From: Octopus sinensis | Lineage: Eukaryota | Direction of reading: 5' to 3' | Length of the DNA stretch: 64,000 nucleotides | NCBI RefSeq assembly: GCF_006345805.1 | Contig: NC_043011.1 | Span: forward strand, 56,742,464-56,806,463 | Shown here: positions 1-12,038 of the stretch, piece by piece | Layout of the letters: each line of letters starts with the position of its first letter | Numbering within the stretch: position 1 is the stretch's first letter | Made by a program: the position numbers and the translations under genes | Notes under the pieces: model-generated | The model's input: only the letters and a program-made list of their open reading frames with translations | What the model was told of the DNA's origin: nothing | The model's database searches: none

Positions 1-198
1 GAAGTTGTGAAAAAACAAAAGTAAATAATTAGATAAATAATAAATATATAATAACATAATGTAAATAAATAAGTGTTTTAAAATAAAGAAATAGTTAATA
101 TAAAATGAAATTTTAAAAATTAATGAAATGAAATAAAGTAAAATAAATAAAGAAAATGAAAAATAAAATAAAAATGTAAATGAAACAATGATGATGAC

Positions 199-250
<52 letters not shown>

Positions 251-609
251 TAATAATAATAACAAGCACAACAACAACAACAACCTGTTAAACAGATGTG
301 AAAGAGAAACCAAAGCAGTAGGGAAAATAAAAGATAATTTGTCTCTGAATAATTAATATTACATTAAAGGAATTTATCCCAATAAGTTGTTGATGTAGTA
401 AAAATACAATTATTAATTATTTATATTTGTAAAGAAAAAAAAACAAGCAAAAATAAAAACACTTTTAAGTCCCACCCACTGCAACAAAAATTTCTTTTTT
501 GAACTACAGAAAAATAACTCTTAAAATAACATTAATTATCCTTTTAAGTCAGATTTTCATCCTGTAGGGGTGAAGCTGGAGAATGGAATATGCAGCAGTC
601 ACCAATGTA
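1..609 (+). repeat. Copy 1 of a ~610 bp near-identical direct duplication (copy 2 at 2663-3282); runs off the window start
   Basis: GAAGTTGTGAAAAAAC...GCAGTCACCAATGTA recurs at 2663-3282 with few substitutions and a different (AAT)n length. Confidence 0.95.
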
Positions 610-639
610 TTTCCATTTATTTTCATTCTATTATACAGA

Positions 640-1625
640 TTCATCTATTTGGTGTGATGTTTCTATTGGTTTTTTCTCAAACTTTCACTCCAAAGGATCA
701 TGGATGAACTGTCTTCTCCACTCTTCATAATTTATTTTATCCCAGTATTTCAGCAACAGTGACATTAATTTTGTAATTGCGCTGGCTGTTGTGCACCATG
801 CCAGAAAGCCAAAGTTCAACATCATATCAGAACACCTTCAGGCACTTTTGCTACTCCTGATGATTGCTTCAAGCACATCCACATAGATATTGTGGGTCCA
901 TTATCACCAGCTCAAGATAAAATTCATATTTTGACCTACAAAGAGCATCTTTCAAGGAATCCTGAAACCATGTCAGTTAAAGACATCTCATTTCTCATTG
1001 TTGCAAAGGCCCTATTGGCCGAGCAGATTTCACGATTTGGAGCTCTTTTGACCATAATGACTAACAGAGATCGTCAGTTTGAATCTAGTCTTTTGTCCAA
1101 TCTTTCTAACCACCTAGGCACCTGGTGAATCCACACAATGGCTTATTGCCCAACAGGATAATAGAGTGTATTCATTGCCAAATAATAGCAGCTCTTTGTG
1201 CTTATTCTGATTCAGATCGTTGGTGGAAAGTTTTACCCGTTGATTTATTAGGTCTTTGTTCCCCTGTTAGGGATATTCACAAGCAGAATTACTTTATGAT
1301 TCCCCTCTTATTCTATCTGGTCAAATGGTTTTTACTACAGCTCCAGCTATTCAACATTCTGACCAGCAGATTACATCCACCGATTGCTTAGACAGATGAC
1401 AGAATTACCTCTGTTGGCAACGAGACCACAATTGATCAACACTGTTGTTCCACCAGATATTCATGCATGGACACATGTATTCATATATAATGATGCATTT
1501 AGACATCCATTACAGACACCATTTACAGACTCATATCATGTATTGAAAGCAAAGCCCAAGTGCATGGTGTTGAATGTTCAAGGGAAACATCAGACAGCAT
1601 CGATCGATTAAAGCAGGCTTTTATC
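640..1625 (+). mobile_element. Ty3/Gypsy LTR-retrotransposon pol remnant (integrase, frameshifted)
   Basis: Pieces CAPCQKAKVQHHIRTP-GTFATPDDCFKHIHIDIVGPL, RFGALLTIMTNRDRQFES, and HVFIYNDAFRHPLQTPFTDSYHVL...SIDRLKQAF match the Gypsy HHCC, rve core and GPY/F regions. Confidence 0.9.
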
Positions 1626-2230
1626 GATTCGTCTCCTTGTCAGCAACACCCGACTCTTTTTCTTCCACATCCACACCTCTTATGCATACACATGACACAC
1701 CATCCATTACCAATGCACCTGTCAATATGCCTTCTTCTCACAGAATTAGCCAAAGCAGCAGAATGATTCATTGGCCAACAAAATATGTTCATACTTATTA
1801 TTTGTAGTCAACTTACAAAAAAAAGAAAAAGCAAATAGATAAAACAAACATCTTCAATAATCTACCTGTGGATCTTAAATCACAATTCAGTCGTGAGTAC
1901 AGACAAAATGTTATCCAATGACTGACCATTGTTCGTGTGAGAGTTCAGTGGTCTGACTAGAACTTTCCATGAGCAGATTAAGTTGCTATACACTCACCTA
2001 ATAGCTGCATATTCAACCTGGAATGGCCATAAAAGAGAACACACCAAGACACCTGAATATATATTTGGTATGTAAAAGTGAGCTCAAATAATGAATTTCT
2101 AACAATGATTTTTTGTTCTACGTGTCATAATACACTGTTTCATTTGAATACTTCTTTGCTTGTTGTGCACAGACTCTTTTCCTTGTAACAAATAAGTAAA
2201 CTTCTTATCACACAGCCACTCCTGCACCTA

Positions 2231-2302
2231 TATATGTACACACACACTCACACACAAACACACATATATACACACACATACATACATACATATATATGTA
2301 TG

Positions 2303-2367
<65 letters not shown>

Positions 2368-2404
2368 TATATATATATATTATATATATATTTATATATA
2401 TATG

Positions 2405-2437
<33 letters not shown>

Positions 2438-2513
2438 GTATGTATATATATATATATGTATGTATATATGTATGTATGTATATATATATGTATGTATATA
2501 TATATATATATAT

Positions 2514-2546
<33 letters not shown>

Positions 2547-2570
2547 GTGTATGTATGTATGTATGTATAC
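2231..2570. repeat. Compound (CA)/(TA)/(TATG) microsatellite
   Basis: Direct reading. Confidence 0.95.
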
Positions 2571-2662
2571 TACTACTACAACTAGCCAGACTCATCTCAG
2601 ACAAAGTATAGATATATGTTGTTAATAATTATGTTATGAATATATGTTATTAATAATTGTGG

Positions 2663-2866
2663 GAAGTTGTGAAAAAACAAAAGTAAATAATTAGATAAAT
2701 AATAAATATAAAATAACATAATGTAAATAAATAAGTGTTTTAAAATAAAGAAATAGTTAATATAAAGTGAAATTTTAAAAATTAATGAAGTGAAATAAAA
2801 TAAAATAAATAAAGAAAATGAAAAATGAAATAAAAATGTAAATGAAACAATGATGATGACAATAAA

Positions 2867-2940
<74 letters not shown>

Positions 2941-3282
2941 GCACAACAACAACAACCTGTTAAACAGATGTGAAAGAGAAACCAAAGCAGTAGGGAAAAT
3001 AAAAGATAATTTGTCTCTGAATAATTAATATTACATTAAAGGAATTTATCCCAATAAGTTGTTGATGTAGTAAAAATACAATTATTAATTATTCATATTT
3101 GTAAAGAAAAAAAAACAAGCAAAAATAAAAACACTTTTAAGTCCCACCCACTGCAAAAAAAATATTTCTTTTTTGAACTACAGAAAATAACTCTTAAAAT
3201 AACATTAATTATCCTTTTGAGTCAGATTTTCATCCTGTAGGGGTGAAGCTGGAGAATGGAATATGCAGCAGTCACCAATGTA
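2663..3282 (+). repeat. Copy 2 of the ~610 bp direct duplication
   Basis: Colinear match to 1-609. Confidence 0.95.
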
Positions 3283-3383
3283 GTCATATGAGGATTTGTT
3301 TTGCAAGAATTTTGGACTGAAACTATTGTTTTGAAATCAATGTTGCTATTTATTTGTGTAAAGTCAAATTTAATATGTTTGAA

Positions 3384-3881
3384 TGCACTTGGACATGAGA
3401 AGACTTTCTGCTGCAGAGATAGTCCCAGGTGAAAATTCTCTTTTTAGACATGCATCGAAATCCAAGATGGACTGTGAATGACCTGACTGGTTCATAGAAC
3501 CCATGTGTTTATGTTTCACTTTATCAGCTACAAACATCAAATCTGTCAATCACAGCTCAATAAGAATGAAATTATTCTTATTAAAAGAATACATGATATG
3601 TATATTGATGTGTGTAAAGCTTGGTCAAGCTAGAAATAAATAAATAATGTTGCACGATGCAACATTGGATGAAATGTATTTGTGTAACTAGTGCACTTGG
3701 ACATGAGAAGACTCTCCACTGTGGAGATGGTCCCAGGACTTGATTCTCTTCTTTGATATGTGTGATAGTACAAGATGGGCTGTGAATGTCATAATTGGAT
3801 TGCAGGACACATGCATTTTTGTGTCAATTCATTTTATCAGCTACAAACATCAAATCTGTCATTCACAATCCAATAAGAATG
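3384..3881 (+). repeat. Diverged local direct repeat (~190 bp; 3384-3568 and 3692-3881)
   Basis: Shared blocks TGCACTTGGACATGAGAAGACT, GTCCCAGG, CAAGATGGRCTGTGAATG, TTTATCAGCTACAAACATCAAATCTGTCA, CAATAAGAATG. Confidence 0.85.
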
Positions 3882-4646
3882 GAAATGTTAAATTAACACT
3901 GAAACTTCAAGAGAAAGCAACCAAAGGGAAGATTATTGAAATGATCAAAGTTGAGACAAAGGAAGGTTCTCAGAGTTTAGGTGTTGCGTATCCTAGTGGT
4001 GAATAAACATTTAGGTGAGGATTAATGGATATATTGCTACGAACATGATGGCACACAGGGAATATATTCACTGATTGAAGCTCAAAAGATTGCAGCTAAA
4101 TCAATGAGTTATAGTCTGTCTGGTGGTTTATCTTTGATTCCTACTAAAATGTACTTCACAAAGTGTAGGCATGATGAGAAAATTTCGAACTTGTAAATAT
4201 CAAGGGACTGTATAAACACCAAGAGCTTATTTACATGAAGTTCTTGACAATTTTCATTGCAAGCTTTAAAAATAAAACTTTTTTAAGGATGTTATGGTTG
4301 TTAAAATTATGTGATCAACATTATGGCAATCCACTGTATTTATCGATGTATGAAAATGTCTATGAATATATTTGAGATTGCAAAAACATTTCTGATCAAA
4401 TCTAGAAATAAAAAGAAAATAAACTATATTGGTTTTTCTTGAGATAATTAAAGATTGTGGTGCAGTGTCAGTGACCAGGTCATAGATATACAATAAAATT
4501 GCTTGATACTTTGTTATGTAATACTGTAATAAAATACTACAAATTGTTAATATAACAGCATATGTGTGTTTTAAATGGCTCTTGTGAATCTTCTGGGATG
4601 CAACTGTTATACATACATACACACACACATGCACACTGATGCATCC

Positions 4647-4682
<36 letters not shown>

Positions 4683-4944
4683 TATATATATGTACATATA
4701 TATATATATGTATGTATACGTACATATGCACATACATGCACATGTATACATACACAGATATAACATGTTAAACATTCCTAGAGAAGAATGGTGTAGGTGG
4801 TCGCTTGGTAGTACTCAGTTAAATCTGAAACATCAATTCCGACTCCCTCATCAGAGATGAGTAGGGCTGAGGGAGGAAGTTAGCTGTAAGAATGGTCATT
4901 AGGTAGACATGGAACCAGAAAAGACGGACAAGGCATAGTAAATG

Positions 4945-5869
4945 TAAGGAATGTATTTGCATTGAAAGTTGTCTCTACAGTTAAATGATATAATCAAGTC
5001 TTATCTTTACAGCTGTTTCAAGTAATTGATAACTGATGCTATAACCATGAGTATTATGTAAAGAGATCCAATAATATTGTCGGTGTATAGACTGGCATGA
5101 ATTCTGAGAGACCTGTGAAGTCGAATTATCCTCATCAAAAAACACTGGAAAATAGTTCAGAGAATAGTGTTTCTAAATATATATAACTTCAATATGAGAA
5201 GAAAGATAGGAAAATGAGAGGAGTAGTTATAGTGAGAAGTATATAGAGAAGAGAGAGAGGGGGGCGAATGCAGGGTGGGGAGCTAGTAATTTAAGGACAT
5301 CAGTTAAAAGCAACAAGGAATAAAACGTTCTAAGAGGGTTAGAGAAAATGGCTCAACAGGCTACGACAAAAGAAGTCCTGTAACTGATATAAGAAAAAGT
5401 CAAGAGTGAAAGAGAACTGTGATAATCCAGCCAGTTTCAGAGGCACAGAGCTGAGGCTTAGCATTGCGTAAACCATAGCAGACGAGGAATAAGTAAGGCA
5501 GAGGTGAAAATTAAAAAGAAGATGCTAACTGGATAAAGAGCATTGTAAAAGTGTGTCTGATGTGTTGAGTATAAAGATTAATTATATGGAAGGAGAAGGT
5601 AGATGTCATGGTGTGCTGTTTAGAGAGAGAGGCAAGGGGGATACACTGATGGGTGGAGACTAAAGATAAGAAATCCTTAAATGTAGCAAAATATAGTGGT
5701 TAAGAAGATAACAAGTGTTAAAAAAGGAAGTATAATAGCGAAAGGGTTAATTAATTCAGTCAGAACATAATGATGGTTATAGCACCAGCTATCGATTACT
5801 TGAAACAGCTGTAAAGATAAGACTTGCTTACATCACATAATTGTATATACAAAATGAATACATTCCTTA
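4945..5869. mobile_element. Probable Penelope-like element remnant with inverted terminal segments
   Basis: 4995-5048 and 5773-5826 are inverted copies (51/54 identical), each with GAAACAGCTGTA; degenerate TTGATGA core on minus near 5132-5138. Confidence 0.6.
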
Positions 5870-6209
5870 TACCTATTATTGTTTGTCTGTCTTTTCTACT
5901 GATATATATTTAGGGCTGAAAAAATAAAGTGCTAGTTGAGTACTAGTGTCAAAGGTATTGACCAACCCTCCCCTCAAAATGACCAGCCTTGACTTTAAAC
6001 TTATAAAATCATTAGCATCTTCATCATTATTCCATATCAGTTTTTCTATGCTTCATGGGTTTGACAGGCCTTCTCCAGTCCTGAGCTTCACCACTTGTTT
6101 ATATCCCTTGTCATTTCTTTCATAAGATTCACACACACACACACACACACATCATTAGCATTATCATGTTCTGTCCGCGTTTTCATGCTCATTATATCTA
6201 CCTGTCTGT

Positions 6210-6272
<63 letters not shown>

Positions 6273-6441
6273 TATATACACACACATGTATATCCATCAA
6301 TGTACACAGAATAAAAGATGTGCTCATATCTTTATTCTACTAACAGTTTCTAGCTTTAGAGAAGTGGGTCTTGGCAGGTCTTTATAACACACCCTGTAAC
6401 TTCAAGCAATCTTCAGGCTCTCATATAAAGTAAAATCAATA

Positions 6442-6688
6442 AAAGAGTGGAGCAAAGTTGCTATGAGGTGTGGAAAATCCAACATTTCAAGCAAAGTCAC
6501 TCTTCAAGGAAATATTGACAACAGAGTTTCATATTCTCTGGGCTAGAAAAACTGGCCATAGCTTAGAGGATGTAAAACTTTGCCATCTCTCTCTTCAATT
6601 TCTCTCCAGTCAACTTTTCCCTGATGAAGGACTCTATACAAAATTTTGGACTTTGCATTCCCCCACAGCACATTTGCCATACTCTTTA
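6442..6688. repeat. Diverged inverted repeat with decayed hammerhead-like motifs (Penelope-like debris)
   Basis: Arms ~6442-6510 and ~6617-6688; TTGAAGAG...GAAATGTTGG on minus, CCTGATGAAGG on plus. Confidence 0.5.
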
Positions 6689-7329
6689 TGAATCTTGCCA
6701 CAAGAAACCACCTCTGCACTCTTTGAATTCTGTTTTATTATATATACAGGCATACATGCAGCTGTGTGGTTAAGAAGCTTGCTTTCCTACCAGGTAGTCT
6801 TGGGTTCAATCTCACTGTACAGTCACCTTGGGAAAGTGTCTTTGGTCAGCCAGGGACTGACCAAAAGCTTATGCATGAGAAAATATTTATTCATGGAGTT
6901 TTAAGGCTGGGATCATTAATGCATCGTTAAGCTTCAATATATAATAGCTACTTCAGTGCAATGACATGTATGAATTTACATTATTTACATTTGACAGATA
7001 TTCTATATTAAATATAGAATTGAGACAGGTATGAAGTTTAAAATGGGTTAAAACAAATATTTAGAGAAAAATATTTGAAAATTAACAAACTCATCAATAT
7101 TTGGAAAATTTTGTTTTTCTACAGCTGTTTCGATGACTCACATGAAGCATTGCCAACAAGATAGTTACATAATTGTTGAATGTGTTAGTTGAATATGATG
7201 TGAAAAAGTAATTTTATGAAGGATGGTTTTCAAATATTAGTTGAAACACACACTCACACACACACTCTCATAGATTACCTTTCCCTAAATGTAAAAAAAA
7301 GGGTTTGTACAGAGCCAAAACTCTCTTGC

Positions 7330-7800
7330 CTACAATAAAGTAAAGATGCTAGAATTTGAAGTGTGCTGATGACAAAATTCTACAAGACCTGAAGAGAAAG
7401 ACTTTCCTTCAGAGAAATATGATACTGGCAATCCAAAACAAGCCACAAGGTCAACTCCCATTTGGGCCACCAGGAGAAAAGCCAACATTGCAAAAGAGTT
7501 ATGGCAGAAGGCGAAGGGCTGGTGTTAATGGAAGAGCAAATACTGGAATGCAAGTGGGGATGGAAAGGCCATACATTAAGGAGACCAACATTCTGGATTA
7601 CACACGTCCTGCCTTGAACAGGAACCCACAAAAGGGAGATAGAAGAGAGGATTCCTTAATAATAGCTGGAAGTGGAGTATTGAGGCAGAACTGAGAAAGC
7701 AGGGAACCAACTGGAGAGAAGCAGAAAAAAACAGAGTTGGGAAGAATGGAGCAGATCATCAATGAATTATATCCCATTAGGAGTTAAAGATCTAAGTAAA
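7330..7800 (+). mobile_element. RTE-type LINE 3' fragment
   Basis: Pieces ELWQKA...EEQILECKWGWKGHTLR...RPALNRNPQ resemble the RTE post-RT motif W-W-GHTLR...AL-WNPQG. Confidence 0.7.
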
Positions 7801-8016
7801 GAATGACTCTATCAGGAGTCAAAGACCTAAGTAAAGAATGACTCTATCAGGAGTTGAAGACCTAAGTAAGGAATGACTCTATCAGGAGTCAAAGACCTAA
7901 GTAAAGAATGACTCTATCAGGAGTTGAAGACCTAAGTAAGGAATGACTTTATCAGCAGTCAAAGACCCAAGTAAGGAATGACTCTATCAGGAGTCAAAGA
8001 CCTAAGAAAGGAAGTA
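7779..8016 (+). repeat. 35-bp minisatellite, ~6.8 copies
   Basis: Unit AGGAGTYRAAGACCTAAGTAARGAATGACTCTATC at 7779, 7814, 7849, 7884, 7919, 7954, 7989. Confidence 0.95.
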
Positions 8017-8620
8017 AATCAATTGGTTTGTGATGTATGACTAGAATTCTTTGATCCTATGTCTATTTAATCAGCTCTGACTTGTGGTTAAACAACAATA
8101 ACAACAAAGGAAACAGCATGAACAAAAATGGTAAAATTCCTTTTGATTATCTGAGCAATCTTGGGAAAGACTAACTGTTGTTCTTTTTTTAATATAATTA
8201 TTATTATTATTGTTTTTTTCTGAACCCACCCCATAAACTGAGTAATAACATTTTCTCAGAATTATACGGTTAAGTTCAAAGAAAATGAGTGCAGAAAGTG
8301 TACAGATGTCAATAAAGTAACTAAACAACAAAGAACAAACAAATCACAATGTGAAAAAAAAAAGAAAGAAGAAAAGAAAAAGAAAAGAAAAGGAAAAAGA
8401 GAAAGAGAAAGAGAAAAGACAAATAAAAGCTCTTGTAGCATCAAAAAATAAGGTGAAAAGTAAATCTGGTAAAGAAACAATAAAGATAGCGAGAATCCAG
8501 AATATTGCCAACACAAATGGTTGTCATAATAATATTAGTAATGATGATGATGATGATGATGATAATAGTAATAATAACTGTTAATAAGTAAACAAGATAC
8601 AAGATCAGAACTAAGGACCG

Positions 8621-8635
8621 AAGTAGTACAGCAGC

Positions 8636-8678
<43 letters not shown>

Positions 8679-8691
8679 TAGTAGTAGTAGT

Positions 8692-8738
<47 letters not shown>

Positions 8739-8840
8739 CAGTAGTAGTAGCAGTAGTAGTAGCAGTAGTAGTAGCAGCAGTAGCAGTGGTTGCGGGGGCA
8801 GTTGTGGCAGTGATGGTGGTGGTGGTGGTAGTGGTGGTAT
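8621..8840. repeat. Compound (TAG)/(CAG)/(GGT) trinucleotide repeat
   Basis: Direct reading. Confidence 0.9.
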
Positions 8841-9550
8841 CAACAATGGCGACAACAATGCCAATGATGATGGCAACAAGAACAATGAGATAAAGAAAAT
8901 AAAAATGAAATACACTTGCTAAGGTAGAGAGATTTTCACTGTGAGATCAATACCAATTATTGAAGATTATTATTGAAACCAATATGTAACAAACAAATAT
9001 TGAACATTAGAAGAAGAAGAAGAAAAAAAAAAGAAACAACACAAAAAGGAAAAATTATAAAAAAAAAAAAAAGAAAGCAAGAAAATTATCCTGCAGGGAT
9101 CAACATGACTAATATGAGAAACTGAGACAAAACCACAGAGTTATAAATTGAAAAAAAGGAAAAAATTAATAACAATAATAATGATAATAATAGCAATGAC
9201 AACATGGTTTAACATACAGGAAAAAAAAACTGTAAATGTTATGAACATTGGAAGATAAAACAAAATAGTGTCTATCTCTTGACATAGCTGCATTAAATAG
9301 TGATTGGTTCTTGAGACTAACCGATATTGACCTGCTTATCGTTTTCGATTGAGATAATTGTCTAGACAGTCCAACTTGATGCTTGACTTCTTAAGTGAAC
9401 CAGTTGTTTCATCTACGACACAAATGACCAATTATTCTAATTCCATTCTGAAATGGCAGGAAAACAAAAGCCTCTACATATGAAAATTTATTGGGGTAAA
9501 CTGTAGGAGACGTAGAAAAATTAATAATAACGATAATGGTGATGATGATG

Positions 9551-9581
<31 letters not shown>

Positions 9582-10626
9582 GTAATAATGAATAATTGAA
9601 TATATAAGATTAAGATAAATTTATTCAGTTTAAATGTGTCTAAATATGGACATGACCTTGAGACTTATAGAAATTCTTGGTGGGGAATTGTAATGTCTAT
9701 AAGTTTCTTCCAGTGAATTCTCCATGAATGGTTTTTAGATTATGTGCAAATGAGTGATTATTTATAACTGCGTTCTACCAAAGAGATTTCCATTAACCCT
9801 TTTGTTGCAATATTTCTGTTGAAATTCACAGTTTTTTGTTGAAAAACTGTTGAAATTAATGAATAATTTAGTAAAACAACTTTCTCATGATTAAACTGAT
9901 GTCTGGAACATAAAGTAACATGGGATTTTGATGGAATTTAAAAAAGTTGTATGATGATTTTTAAGACAAGAATCGTGTATGGAAGGTTTTGGCTGCAAGG
10001 ATAAATGTTTACTTCCCAAACTCAGGGTTTTGGGTTCAGTCTCACTGTGCAGCAACTGGGCCAACCAAAGTCTAGTGAGAAGATTTGGTGGCTGCCAGCA
10101 TTAAAAACAGATGTTAAATAATGATGGTGATGATGATGATACACACACATACACACACATAGATATATATATATATGTACATATCACCATCGTTTAACGT
10201 CCATTTTCCATACTGGCATAGGTTTGATGGTTTGACAGGAGCTGTACCAGATTCCATTTGTCTGTTTTGGCATGGTTTCTATGGTTGGATGTCCATCCTA
10301 ACACCAACCACTTTACAGAGAATGTGCTGGGTGCTTTTTTTATGTGGCACCAGCATGGGAGCTTTTTATCTGGTGCCAGCTGAGGTGCTTGAATATATAT
10401 GTACATGTGTGTGTATGTGTATATATATATAAAATTTAATATGGACAGTAGTGTACAATGTTTTACCAAAAAGAAAACCTATAACTGTTACTAAATATGA
10501 CTAGGATGTGAGAACACCTACACTGCTAGAAATAAGAGCTAAGAAGACCTAATGCTGTTGTTAAAGCACATAATTATATACCTATGTAGTGACAGGGACC
10601 GTAATCATCTGAAAGCACCGGTCAAG

Positions 10627-10684
10627 AATTCCTTATACTGTTCGGTCAGTTTCGGCTAATTCTGTAGCTTCATCAGTAGGAACC
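10627..10684 (-). ncRNA. Candidate type I hammerhead ribozyme
   Basis: Minus strand GGTTCCTA-CTGATGA-A-GCTA(CAGAAT)TAGC-C-GAA-ACTG(ACCGAA)CAGT-A-TAAGGAATT: intact core, three helices, GUA cleavage triplet. Confidence 0.7.
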
Positions 10685-10849
10685 GCTTCATTCATCTTTT
10701 TCTGGACTTGCTTCTCTATGAGGATAAATGTATTCTCCACAAAAATCTATGGATGGTTTAGTAAATCACTAATGTGTATACAATAATTTAACACACAAAA
10801 CCGTGTGCAATGTTTTAGCATTAGAGCATTTTGACTGTTATTTCTAGCA

Positions 10850-11685
10850 ATAAGGTGCAAGGTCTGGACTGTAGGGAGAGTAAGGGACAGTTTTGATATA
10901 CCTCTCTGTCAAGTAGTTGTTTACCAGGATGGATTTGTGGACTGGTTTATTGTCCTGGTGCAGGTGCCACTTATCTGAGTGTAGAGCTCTGACCTTTTGT
11001 GGTGAAATTTCTTCCCAAACTTCTTCAGACCCTCCACAATGTACTCTTTGTTGACCGTTTGGTCAATGGGAATCTAGTAGATATAGATGTTGCCCTTGCT
11101 CTTGAAAAAAAAGGAGTCATCATGAGCTTTTCAGTGAACTTGCTTTGCCTTACCTTGTTGGGTCCAGGGAGCCAAGATGCTTCGATTGAGCACTCTGTCT
11201 TTTGGTCTCTGGATCATAAAAGTAGTTCCAGCTTTTGTCACAAGAGACTCAAATACTCTCGGATTGGAGGTAATGAGCACAACCATCTCCTCCCTGCTGT
11301 CACCAATGTGTCTTTCCTTCTGAACATCCTGGGAACAAACTTTGTACAGTTTGGTGCATGTTCAGATCTTGATGAATAATTCTGTGTGCAGTAGCCACAC
11401 CAACCACAAACACTCTGCTAATTGTCTTTAAAGATGTACAACAGTCTTTATCCAGAGAATTGCAAATAACCTCAACCACCCTCTCCCACCCACACCTCTC
11501 ATCGTCTCTCACCTCCTCTCTACCTTCCTGTACCTCTTGTTCCCCTGAAAAACAGATGCTTGCTTCATAAAAAGCAGATCAGCTTATTAGATGTGTAATA
11601 ATGATAAACAAGAATTACAATAGCCTTTCACTATTATAACTGCGTCTCCCAAGAAAACTCTCAAACTTTCTGGAATGCATCATAC
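10850..11685 (-). mobile_element. Mariner (DD34D-type) transposase remnant
   Basis: Minus-strand pieces WHLHQDNKPVHKS...TVPYSPYSPDLAP and HTH-like VGVATAHRIIHQDLNM. Confidence 0.85.
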
Positions 11686-11989
11686 CTGTGGCACGTAAAA
11701 GGGCACCATTCGAGTGTGATCGTTACCAATGTCGCTTCACTGGCACGTTTAAAAAGATTCGAGCGATGTCATTGCCAGTACCACCTGACTGGCCCCCGTG
11801 CCGGTGGTACATAAAAAGCACCCACTACACTCTCGGAGTGGTTGGCATTAGGAAGGGCATTCAGCTGTAGAAACTCTGCCAGATCAAGATTGGAGCATGG
11901 TGTAGCCATCTGGTTTGCCAGCCCTCAGTTAAAATTGTCCAACCCATGCTAGCATGGAAAGCAGACGTTAAACGATGATGATGATGATG

Positions 11990-11995
<6 letters not shown>
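11686..11995 (+). mobile_element. 3' UTR fragment of the RTE family ending in (GAT)n; similar copies at ~10185-10385(-), 14220-14435(+), 15730-15915(-), 38960-39370(-), 40185-40630(+), 49912-50270(-), 63490-63665(-)
   Basis: Shared AAAAGCACCCACTACACTCTCGGAGTGGTTGGC-TTAGGAAGGGCAT-CAGCTGTAGAAAC...GTCCAACCCATGCTAGCATGGAAA...GACGTTAAA(GAT)n; the same tail follows the RT in the RTE copies at 24600-26192 and 52380-54015. Confidence 0.85.

Positions 11996-12038
<43 letters not shown>

Noticed and set aside
1-3282. The 610 bp direct repeats as LTRs of the Gypsy element
   Set aside because: A-rich with an (AAT)n tract, no PBS or PPT adjacent, and the second copy is separated from the integrase by SINE and microsatellite sequence
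7779-8016. CRISPR-like periodicity (35 bp)
   Set aside because: Units are contiguous with no unique spacers, no cas genes, eukaryotic context
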